Origin: Eremomyces bilateralis CBS 781.70
Taxonomy: Eukaryota
NCBI GenBank assembly: GCA_010015585.1
Contig: ML975169.1
Reading direction: 5' to 3' (one strand)
DNA length: 28,122 nucleotides
This document shows positions 1-9,710 of this stretch, in pieces. The position numbers and the translations under genes are program-made. Below the pieces are notes generated by a model. The model did no database searches. It saw nothing but the letters and a program-made list of their open reading frames with translations, and was not told where the DNA came from. The stretch's first letter is position 1, and every line of letters begins with the position of its first letter.

Positions 1-1014
1 CCAAGGACAAGGACATACATGTAGATTTTGTTGACAATAGGTTGGCGGATGTTGTCCATACTGTGACTGTTGTTTAGCACAGGGAATATGTAACAGGGCT
101 ACCGGAAAGGTAGAAGGAAAAGATAATCACGAAGAGGACAAACATTCTGTTCTCAAGTGGACCGATCCCTGTCCCGTCAAGCCACGCTCGAGTCGAAACG
201 TTTTTATAGCGGCATTTCCCATCTTACTCTCTGGTTTGGAATATTGTATTGGCCTTGATTTTCAGCCAACAATCAGTCTCAATTTCATGGATTTGTTCTT
301 ACTTCAAGACGGGTATATATATGGAGAGGTGTTGAGGGGTTCAGATAATGCGATCCGGCCAATTCATGATGTGTACCGGAATGCCTCTCTTTCCATACTC
401 AAGAGATGCTAGTCTAACTAACTTTTCGAATCTCTTATCTGGCTGTTGGTCGTCTGATCTTCCGGTCTTCTACCAACAAAAAACTCTTCGCTCGGATTGA
501 GCTCTGGTGAAGAGATGGGAAGGTAACTAAGCTTGAGTCCTGATTCGAAGCACGTCACCGTAACAAGTGAGGCTAAAGGAAGGTTGTCCATGATAAAGAA
601 CTGGCTTCGGAGTTGCACTGTCGAAGGTTCAGAACCACGCTACAATCGAAGAGTTCGTTAGTCGCTTCGGGGAGGCACGCATGTAGTACGCGTACGTAGA
701 GAAGGAGTCGTTTATATAGCACGATGTTAGAGCTGAGCTCTTTTAGAAATGGTTCTACCACTAATTGAATCGACCAGGCTATCCCGTAAGTAGCGTCGGA
801 TGTTTCCTGGTCTCGAATGCGTCTATCTATACCAGTAAACGGAGCTGGTAGTTATTTGTAATCGTGCTATAAGGCGCTAATCTAAAACAGTAAGCCTCTT
901 TCCCTTTCAAGGTCAAGAAGCCGATAAAGCTGAAAGGCTCCAAAAGGAAATGAACGGTTAGTGTCAGCCTCTATTCAGATGTCCATCCGAACTTTGATTG
1001 TTAACGCGCCACAG

Positions 1015-3001
1015 CCTGTCTCGGCTCCCTGTGCTTTGGCGACATCCACGCTCGGCGGCAAGACATAGCCGCCGCCCATCCAAATACATGTGACTGGCTT
1101 TTTACTACGACTGAATACAAGAAATGGTGGGACCGTACCGACCTACAAAGTCATAACGGAGTTCTTTGGATCAAGGGCAAGCCGGGAGCGGGAAAGTCGA
1201 CGTTGATGAAGCACACTTTAGGCCATCTCGAAAAGACTTCCGTCAACAACTTGGTCATAGCGTATTTCTTCAACGCTCGAGGCGGTATTTTCGAGAAGAC
1301 TCCTCTCGGCATGCTTCGATCGATTGTCCACCAGCTCGTTGATAAAGAAGCTATGCTATACGAGAATTTCGCCTCTATCTTTCGCGAGAGGCAGAGAATA
1401 CACACAGGAGATTGGGAGTGGCGACAGTCAGAACTGAAGGAGTTTATACTCTCAGAAATCAGGCAGTGGAAGTCGAAGCCACTCGTGCTTCTCGTTGACG
1501 CGCTAGACGAGTGCAACGAGGTAGATGTGTGGGACGTAGTTGGTTTTCTGGAGTTGCTAAGCATCTATGCCGTTAGATTTGGTGCTCCTCTAAGGATTTG
1601 TCTCTCGAGTCGTCACTATCCTAGTGTTAGAGTGAAGAGGAGTCTTGAGTTGACGGTGGAGAAGAGTGAAAATCACCAAGAAGATATAGCGAGATATATC
1701 AAGGAAAGACTGACGAAAGAGGACGACGACGATATAGAGGATTTGGAAGATATCGAGGATGAGATCGGGAGAAGAGCAAACGGGATTTTCATGTGGGTTG
1801 CCATTGTAGTCTCTCTACTTAACAAGGCCTACTATGAGGGCCGCATGGAAGTCATGCGCAAGACATTAGAGGAAGTACCGAACGATCTCGAGGAGGTGTT
1901 CGACAACCTCTTGAGAAAAGATGGTGGAAACAAGGCCGAGACAATACTCATGCTTCAATGGGTGCTGCTCTGTCAGCGGCTGCTGAAGCCTGAAGAGCTC
2001 TTCATCGCTGTGATGACCGGAATACCTCCGAAGAGGATAGACAGATGGAACCGATCCAAGTTCAGCAGAGACATTATCCAGCGACGCATCACTTCATCAT
2101 CAAAGGGCCTGATCGAAGTTCGAAAATTGCGGGGGGCATCGGTGCAGTTCATTCATCTGTCGGTCAACGACTCTCTTCTTCGAAACCAGATGCTGCAGAA
2201 ACTAGACCAGACGCTGGGACCGGAATCTATCAGTGCCAGCCATGGCCGATTGTGGGCGTGCTGCTGGTCATATATTGAGCGAGTGGACACTACAGGTACA
2301 GGCGAGAAGAAAAGGTGAGAGCTGAACGACAAAAATCCTTTCCTGGAGTATGCGGCGAGCCATATTCTGTACCATGTCGACATGGCCCTATCAGAAGGTA
2401 CCATCGTAGAGACCATTGTACAGTGGGTTCAAAAGCATAAGGAGTGGTTTGAGTGGTTGAAAAATTTCTTAATGCGACTCGCGGTGAGAACGAGCCTTCA
2501 TATTCGGGCGATAATATAGATGCGGGAATGGTCTACATGTTATCACTTGGTGGCCATCAACATCTAGTCCTATATATCCTGGCCGATGACGCTAACGTCA
2601 ATGCGCAAGGCGGGTACTACGGCACCGCGCTCCAAGCAGCAATGTATGGAAGCAAGAAAGAGTTGGTCGAGCTGCTGCTGACCCAGGGCGCCGACGTCAA
2701 CGCGAAAGGCGGGAACTACGGCACTCAACTCCAAGCAGCAGCGTATGGAGGCAAGAAGGAGTTGGTCGAGCTGCTGCTTGGCCAGGGCGCCGGCGTCAAC
2801 GCGCAAGGGGGTCACTACGGTGCCGCGCTCCAAGCAGCAGCAGCAGCGTATAGAGTCAATAAGGAGTTGGTCGAGCTTCTGCTGGCCCAGGGCGCCGACA
2901 TCAACGCGCAAGGCGGGTATCACGGCACCGCGCTCCAAGAAGCAACGTATAGAATCAATACGAAGGGGGTCGAGCTGCTGCTAGCCCAGGGCGCTAAATG
3001 A
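1015..3001 (+). pseudogene. NACHT-ankyrin NLR-like gene, disrupted (premature stop plus frameshift); N-terminus not resolved
   Basis: The frame from the acceptor AG at 1013-1014 reads CLGSLCFGDIHARRQDIAAAHPNTCDWLF...VLWIKGKPGAGKSTLMK (Walker A), LLVDALDEC (Walker B), ICLSSRHYP and GIFMWV. An in-frame TGA at 2316-2318 is followed by the conserved NPFLEYAASHILYH. A 1-nt loss in the A-run at 2460-2464 shifts into the ankyrin frame (ORF 2453-3001). Probable intron 957-1014 (GTTAGT...GTTAAC...CAG), with a possible upstream exon at ~891-956. Confidence 0.88.
2588..2998 (+). repeat. Four ankyrin repeat units (~99-105 nt) with high internal nucleotide similarity
   Basis: Units of the form AxVNAxGGxYGTALQAAxYxxxKELVELLLxQG. 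Unit 3 has two extra GCA (Ala) codons. Confidence 0.9.
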
Positions 3002-3327
3002 AAATGCTGGCTGATGTTCGTTAATGGTGTATAGAGATTTTTCTTGATATTACGTTCTAGATCTCTATTTCATAGATGGTTAAAGGAGAAAAGGTGTATT
3101 TAAGGTGAAAAAGGTAGGTCTAGGTTAGTATATCTCGCACCATCTCGAAGCTTCGCATGATTTGGAATATGGGATTTGAGTGATCACTGTAATGGTCCCA
3201 CAGCAACCTAATCTCACAGCATTCCGATCTCACAAACTGTATTGGCTTTAGTTACCAAGTCCTTGGAAAGAATAGATACCCTCTAACTCACTGAACATGG
3301 CTCAAAGCATCCAATACTCTGAGAAAC

Positions 3328-3567
3328 GTGTGTGCAACATGTTTCGTCACTTACCACTGCGGCCACCATGGGCATACATACTCAATTCCTTGCCACCGCG
3401 CTGAAGCCCTAAGGAAGGAAACCATTCGGTGATGCGCTAATTGAGGCGACTGAGCTACATGGGAAAGCCGAGCGAAGATGGACTGCCCATCTTGTAGTAG
3501 GCCGCCTGTCACATACGATATCAGAAAGGAGCCTGAAGACGTTATGACTGAAGCACAGTGGGAATGA
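3328..3567 (+). pseudogene. Small Cys/His-motif protein, array copy 1 (GTG start, three internal TGA)
   Basis: Manual translation: VCATCFVTYHCGHHGHTYSIPCHRAEALRKETIR*CAN*GD*ATWESRAKMDCPSCSRPPVTYDIRKEPEDVMTEAQWE*. It has the same C2/C11/G12/H13/C22 spacing, CPxC and AxWE as the three intact copies. Stops at 3430, 3442 and 3451. Confidence 0.82.
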
Positions 3568-3877
3568 TGCCGACAATACAGGGTAAAGGTACGTTGCCAG
3601 AGCATAGGATCTAAGGCAAGCATCGGCCCCTATGGTGTTTGCAGGGTAGCGGTATGGTCCGCTTGGATTAACAACAATTGAGTGTCCAGAACGAATTTCT
3701 CGCTGGCGTGAATATGATAGTACCACATGACAACAATATTCCCCAGAACTTTAACCTTTCAAGGCATGTACGTGATACCACTCGAAAGTGACGCTATAAA
3801 TCATTCTTTCCATAACACGTGGCAAGGGAGACCGATAAGCGTATTCTAAATGACTGTTAGGAGCCCAAATCGACATG

Positions 3878-3884
3878 TATAAGA
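3878..3884 (+). promoter_or_regulatory. Putative TATA box of array copy 2
   Basis: TATAAGA 103 nt upstream of the ATG at 3981, followed by an A/C-rich leader; same geometry as copy 3. Confidence 0.45.
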
Positions 3885-3980
3885 GCGCACCCAGGGGCCG
3901 CTTCCAAATCAACTCTAGTATCAAAAACTTAAACCATTATCCCAGACCCATTACCACTTCCAAACCCCAGCCATCACAGC

Positions 3981-4238
3981 ATGTGTTCATACTCCCGAGT
4001 CATATATCGGTGCGGACATGGAGGTCGCGGGTACAGATACCTATGCGATCAAGCACTAGTCCGCGAGCCCTTCGTATGGTGCGCAGCAAGCGATTGTTTT
4101 TCATGGGACACACCACCGGTCCCCCAGCCTTGCCCGATGTGCGGTGGCCCTCCTGTACATTACAGCGACGGAACGGGACCGGGATACCTAGATCATCAGG
4201 CGGACTGGGAATGGCTGATAAATAATGTCTCCGACTAG
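3981..4238 (+). CDS. Small Cys/His-motif (putative Zn-binding) protein, array copy 2, 85 aa
   Basis: MC-x8-CGH-x8-C-x11-C-x16-CPMC...ADWE, aligning with copies 1, 3 and 4; upstream TATA-like box. Confidence 0.8.
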   Translation: MCSYSRVIYRCGHGGRGYRYLCDQALVREPFVWCAASDCFSWDTPPVPQPCPMCGGPPVHYSDGTGPGYLDHQADWEWLINNVSD

Positions 4239-5179
4239 TCTGGGAATATAACTAATATCAGAACGCGTCAACACTCTACATGATTGCCGTTTATTGTGTG
4301 AGTGAAGTAATAGATACATAGGAAGGTCATTGTTGACCCGTGCAACTTGAATAGAAATGCAATGAATGCTTTAGCATATCGTTTTGAAGATTATGGCAAA
4401 ATGAAACGAAAAGTTAAAATTAGTGTCTCGACTCGTTAGTTGCAACATTTTAAAACACTCAAATACTGTCTTTGAGTCGAAGTTTCGTTCTCTAGTGCCA
4501 TCGCTCTAGCCCAAGCTGCGAGAACATCCTCAGCACCATCAGGGCAGCTGATATGGTATATATGCGACTGTACTAAGCAGCTTTTGCGATTCTAGACATA
4601 TCTACACAGTAGTGGTGCTGCATGGACATTGCTCTGGCCAGAGAATGTCCTAAGCGGGTGACCGAAACGTGCTTCAGCATCCAGCGGAGCCGTTTGTTTT
4701 GTGATCTAGCGGAATAGGAGATTGAAGAAACTGATGAAAATATATAAGAGATGCATTCAAAGTACGGAAAGTGCAAGTACGGTCACCACGACGTTTTTAG
4801 GAAAGTCAATATCGTACTAAACTCGTCAGATGCTCCAAGTTTAAATCGCACCACACCTTTTGAACCCTGCTCAGATATACTAGTTCGAGCTGGGTGCTCT
4901 GATATTGAGCGTGAGCATCATTTGCCGGGAATTAATCCTCAGGCTGTGTACAGGCAGTAGTCCGGCACGATGAAATGACCCATGTTGGCAGACATCTTAT
5001 AAGTCCGGTAGACTGACCTGGGCGACCCAGCTCAATCAGAACAGAAAGTTCAATATTGGGGATAAAATCGAAGACGGAGATTGGATGAATGCGCCTAGAA
5101 TATCGAAAACTGGAAGGTTGAGCGAAACGACCCGTTGGTTGACCAAAACCGTTGAACCGCTCGATGCCAGACCAAGTCC

Positions 5180-5186
5180 TATAAAA
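5180..5186 (+). promoter_or_regulatory. Putative TATA box of array copy 3
   Basis: TATAAAA 111 nt upstream of the ATG at 5291. Confidence 0.5.
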
Positions 5187-5290
5187 ACCCCTCTGGAATG
5201 GCAGCACTCTCCGATGGGATCCAACTAACTTAAACTCGTGCTCAGCAAAAGTCAAAACCCTTACCTCTCCTCGAGCTCCAAAAAGACATA

Positions 5291-5578
5291 ATGTGCCACT
5301 ACTATCGACCTCATTACAAGTGCGGATGCAGAGGCCGAGGCCGGGTCTTCCATTGCATAACATCTTTTCAACGACTGTTCCGAACCTATTGTACGGACAT
5401 GGCAGTCTGGAGTTGGCATGAATATCCTCGAAAGCTGTACTGTCCCACACATGGAGGAGAAGTTTGTGACGATGAAATGGATGGGAACAAGGCTGGGGAT
5501 GTGCTTGTCCACGCAGACTGGGAACCGCCCTCGAACGATCACGATCCTCCCACAGGTGGTTATATGCAGTTAAATTAA
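5291..5578 (+). CDS. Small Cys/His-motif (putative Zn-binding) protein, array copy 3, 95 aa
   Basis: MC-x8-CGC-x8-C-x11-C-x16-CPTH...ADWE; Cys spacing identical to copy 2. Confidence 0.8.
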   Translation: MCHYYRPHYKCGCRGRGRVFHCITSFQRLFRTYCTDMAVWSWHEYPRKLYCPTHGGEVCDDEMDGNKAGDVLVHADWEPPSNDHDPPTGGYMQLN

Positions 5579-6019
5579 AACAGTGCGCCAATAACAGAAA
5601 CATAAGAAGACGTGGGAAACTTCCGGTATTGAAAACGAGGAAGAAGCGCTTGTTGGATTTGAATGCGCAGAACTGGGACAGCAAAAACGACATCAGCAGT
5701 TGTCTAGCAACATAGCATTAGAAAATCACCAAACTTAACAAACACGGCTTAAGAAGAAGGCGATAAACAAACGCAGTACACACCATTCTTTTCGTCTCTT
5801 CACACTCTAGCTCTGATAAAGTCTTTGTCGTTAATCTTAAGTGAACAAAAACTGCTTTCGCATAGGAATGAGTCGAGTCTCCAATACACTGAAAATCCTC
5901 AGCCTAAAACTCGTTTGATCAGTCCGGTAACCATGTGAGGTACATAAACCATGCCGACATCGCTAACATTGCAACAGCAGTCTCCCCACTCTGGCTTATC
6001 GAACGCCAACTCACTCGGA

Positions 6020-6640
6020 ATGTGCCTGTTCTGGCAGAGTCGTTTGGGCTGCGGTTGTCGAGGCCGGTTGCTAGGTTTCTTCTGCGACAATGTTCTGGAA
6101 AGGGACATCGAGGATCGGACGTTCTGTGATGCTCAAACCCTTACAGTCATCCAGAAAGAAGAGGCCTGCCCCTTCCACGACGGGCCAGGGGAGCTGCCAG
6201 GAGAGGTGGCCGAAGCTCGCGGAGAGATTATCGATTACGCTGACTGGGAGGGATCAGACAGCTCATGGATTGCGGAGGATGAGACTGCATATAGGACATC
6301 TGAGAGGATGGATCCCCCGGCAAGAGCAGAGGTGGCGACGCAACCTTCTTCCAGAGACAATGCTGCCAACAGAGCAGCCAACAGAGCAGCCAACAGAGCA
6401 GCCAACAGAGCAGCCAACAGAGCAGCCAACAGAGCAGCCAACGGAACAATCAACGGAGCAGCCAACAGAACAGCCAACAGAACAAATCATGGAGAATATC
6501 CCGGGGAGGAAGACTCCAACGACGAAGTAGGACAACATGCGGAAGCAAGGTCTGCACAAAGGGAACGAGAGATACGAAGAAGAGACTCAGGGAGCAGACT
6601 GAACGAGAGATACGAAGCAGAGGCTCAAGAAGCACATTGA
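6020..6640 (+). CDS. Cys/His-motif protein with acidic and repeat-rich tail, array copy 4, 206 aa (ORF extends upstream to 5951)
   Basis: The ATG at 6020 gives MCLFWQSRLGCGCRGR-x5-C-x13-C-x13-CPFH...ADWE. Paralogue alignment places the start here rather than at 5951. Confidence 0.78.
   Translation: MCLFWQSRLGCGCRGRLLGFFCDNVLERDIEDRTFCDAQTLTVIQKEEACPFHDGPGELPGEVAEARGEIIDYADWEGSDSSWIAEDETAYRTSERMDPPARAEVATQPSSRDNAANRAANRAANRAANRAANRAANRAANGTINGAANRTANRTNHGEYPGEEDSNDEVGQHAEARSAQREREIRRRDSGSRLNERYEAEAQEAH
6362..6481 (+). repeat. 12-bp coding minisatellite (GCAGCCAACAGA), 10 units, encoding AANR-type tetrapeptides
   Basis: AANR x6, AANG, TING, AANR, TANR, read directly from the sequence. Confidence 0.95.
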
Positions 6641-8338
6641 ACAATGTCTAAAGAAGGAATGCAGGGGACAAAGGAATCTAGAACTACACACATTGCTGTG
6701 AGAGATGCTAGTTTGTTCAAACCCGTCATTCGATCGCGTGAAGTAGGAAAGCGGTCAATGGTGTTAGGACCCCGCTTCAGAAAGGGAAATAGGAAGCAGA
6801 ACTTGGGCTTGCTACTGGATCAAAGTTGAGGGATGCTCCTCTGGGGTAACTGGAAGCCAGCGGTCAGCTATAGAAATCGTGAAATTGAATGATTCGTTTC
6901 CAATCCTAAGTCATGTTCTGTGCTGTGGGGAAATCAATCCAGTTACAGGTGTGTTCTCTCCTCCGAAGGAGATACACTGTTCTTGAGAGCATCCCTGAGA
7001 GCCTCATCTGAGAGAGAATGTGAAGGACGTCTTGATCTAATTGCCTTAGGGGAATAATGTCATTGTACTCCAGATTTGCCTATTTGCAGGGGTTAATGTA
7101 CGATATAAGCAAGGCGTAGACTGTAGCTGACCAGTGCCATTTTCGATATGCCGCGGTCAATGGAGCTTTGCCCATAGTTCTTTCAACAACCGGATTTCCC
7201 GCCGTCTTTTTTGGAGGACTGAGTGAGGTCTTTGATGCGAAATGGTGGAGAACAGGCCGGCCTTCTCATCTTTCTGGGATCACTAGTAGACGTTATCCTC
7301 AATTCGGCCACATTCTCAACTCACGATAGATGGAAATCATGTCTAATCTGATGTTATTATGCCCTAGGGTGTGCTGATATTACATTTGAGATAGACAAGT
7401 TGAAGCAAGAGTCGACGTTGAAAATCCCATGATGAATTGATGATACTACAGCCTCGCTTTGCTATGGAGGTATCAACGAGATAAGGCGATAAGGCGAATT
7501 TCAGGCACCAAGCCTCGATATCAACATGAGCCAACCAGATAAATCAACCTGATGGGACAAATCTGAGAAGTGACATCAGATCACAGCAGCAAGACAGTGC
7601 CAGATTAGATGTAGTTGGTTATTGGATAGCATTATCCGGTGCAAGAATGCCTGTACATCGGTATATTTCCTTTGGATAGTTACATAGGACAAATAAATCC
7701 TACAATCATTGTTCATTTCTTGGAACTCGGATATAAGGCTTGTTGTTAGTCACAGCACAAGGTGTACAACCGCCTCGAGACGACCTCGAAAGCTCCGCAA
7801 TTCAATGAGAATTGTCAAATTTGTTTCTAGTCTCAAGGATCATGGTGGAGTATGTACTCAACTCCATGGAGATGGCTTGGCATGAGTCATTTCTTCCCTT
7901 GGACAATCTAATATTGAGGAGCGGCAAGGACGAGATTCTCAACCTGCGGATTGGCCGCGGGAACGTAGGACAATGAACAGACAAGGTGAGGTGAAGGTCC
8001 TGTATTGAGCGAGTAATGAGTCTATCTTTTCCATCCAGTAGCGTCGCTAACAATCAAGTGTCATGAACACCCTCTCCTGTCTATAATCGGCACTAAGCTC
8101 GAGCATCTAAAACAGAGGCTGTACATAAATGGAAGAACCCTGTATCATATCCCATCGTTCGTAAATCAGAACGCCCTCCCCGTAGTGTAGGGTATCGCTG
8201 CAAACCCATGTCCCGTACTTTTTTGCCGTCTAAAATGCATGGTAGACCCAAACGCCCGCTTCAACGCTGAACAGAGAAAGACAAGAGTAGAGAGCGTCCG
8301 GATAGACGCGGGGAGCTCTCCCAACGGCCCGCATGAAT

Positions 8339-8920
8339 TTACGCGGCCATGGTCTGTTGTTGCGCCGCCTTCTCCCGCTCTTCCTGCCACACCTTGCGGC
8401 ACATCTCGAGCACCATCTCAAAGCCCTGGCGGCCATTCGCTGCGTTCTGCCGGAACTGCTCCACGGAGACGCTCTCGATGGAGTTTTTGATCTTCTGCCA
8501 CCCGCCGCAAAGGGCGGTGATCTCGGCGTACTGCTTGAACTGGGTGTGTTCGGCGCCGGTGTTCGTCCGGACCGGTTCGTAGCTGCAGGTTTCCCGAACG
8601 TTCAGGAAGTCAGACCAGGTGATGTTCATGGCGCACATGGTGAGCTTCCGGGTCTTCGGATCGATGTAGGAGGTCTCGTAGACGTGGGAGGTGCTCTGGC
8701 CCTTTAAGAAGGGTAGAATCCACTTCGGCGGCGATTGTTGGCAGGTGATCAATCGCTCAGTGCGGAGGATGCCCGTCGCCGGATCGACGGAGCGCTGGAG
8801 GGTGTCGACGGCGATGACGTGGGGGGTCATTTTGTTCCATGGCGAGTATTTCAACCAGTTCGCGCATGAGACTTCCTCCCATGAGTAGTCGAACTGGGTC
8901 TCGGATGAGAAAACCTTCAT
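8339..8920 (-). CDS. UPS2: PRELI/MSF1 family mitochondrial intermembrane-space lipid transfer protein (Ups2-like)
   Basis: 193 aa, single exon; MKVFS..FDYSWEEVS.ANW.KY..WN..TPHVIAVDTL and GILRTERLITC, with the C-terminal FRQNAANGRQGFEMVL. Confidence 0.92.
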   Translation of the reverse strand: MKVFSSETQFDYSWEEVSCANWLKYSPWNKMTPHVIAVDTLQRSVDPATGILRTERLITCQQSPPKWILPFLKGQSTSHVYETSYIDPKTRKLTMCAMNITWSDFLNVRETCSYEPVRTNTGAEHTQFKQYAEITALCGGWQKIKNSIESVSVEQFRQNAANGRQGFEMVLEMCRKVWQEEREKAAQQQTMAA

Positions 8921-9710
8921 TTTTTATACTGGCGTGTGAAGCCTCGGAGCGCGATTCGGTCGAAGGGCGTTTCTTCGGATCGCGTTTTGTATTCGGTACC
9001 GTCTCTGGAAATGGCTGGGGTGGATGTCACTGAAGACCCATTGTATTTGGAGAATGAGGCTGGAAAAGAGAAAGGGAAAGGGGGATATTAAATGGGATTT
9101 GTATCTCGGTTGATCGGCAGAGTATGATGAAATCCGAAGCACGAGGGCAAATTCCCTTCAGTTCAGGCAAAAGAAAACTCCAGAACCCACGCCAGCGGAG
9201 AAAGCTGAAGAGACAGGGGTGAGTGACTTGGTTCATGGACCGTTCCGAACCAACCAATGTTCATCCCGGCGATTCCCGGCTTGGAAGGGCTGACTAATGT
9301 CACATGATAACGGCATTACATACAGTCGTGCAGATAGCTCCTTCAACTCTTCGACCGCTAATTATCAATTATTGTTGGACATAACATTGATGATGCGTCT
9401 AGATTCCAGAATACATGCCTATGCGCTACGTTCATTCTATATGACAAGGACAACCGTTGCGAGGCTGTGAGTCTGAGAGGCACCAGAGCGAGTCGATGAT
9501 TCCACTTCAACCATCACACCAATCAATCACGACTTCTGCGTCGACGATACTACACAATCTCGACGTATCCATACGGGTAAACATTCAACATAGATGGATT
9601 CCAAAATGTACATTTTAAATGGAACATAACATCTTCAATCATGGCCTTATTTGACGACCAAACCAACTCCGGGAATTCCTATTCTGGCCAACTCGCTCGT
9701 CTCCACACAC

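Noticed and set aside
300..890. Possible N-terminal effector domain or exons of the NLR
   Set aside because: Several donor-like sites (e.g. GTAAGT at 786) but all frames are interrupted; no HeLo, Goodbye, SesB, PNP-UDP or amyloid motif is recognisable.
2315..2567. GTGAGA at 2315 as an intron donor that would rescue the NLR
   Set aside because: It would remove the conserved PFLEYAA..H segment, and the downstream AGs I checked (2453, 2488, 2494, 2519, 2567) do not restore the ankyrin frame.
3875..4225. 116-aa ORF overlapping array copy 2
   Set aside because: Alternative frame; the 3981 frame carries the conserved family motif.
4560..4960. Cys-containing interrupted frame as a possible fifth array copy
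   Set aside because: No CG[HC], CPx[CH] or AxWE at the family spacing.
4932..5693. 253-aa minus-strand ORF
   Set aside because: Antisense to copy 3 and its promoter, with no recognisable domain. Long, but unsupported without expression data.
6090..6559. Overlapping ORFs with PTEQ, WLLC, LAAL and VGCS repeats
   Set aside because: By-products of a stop-free 12-bp repeat.
6700..8100. Possible decayed genes between the array and UPS2
   Set aside because: Only short interrupted frames with no recognisable motif.
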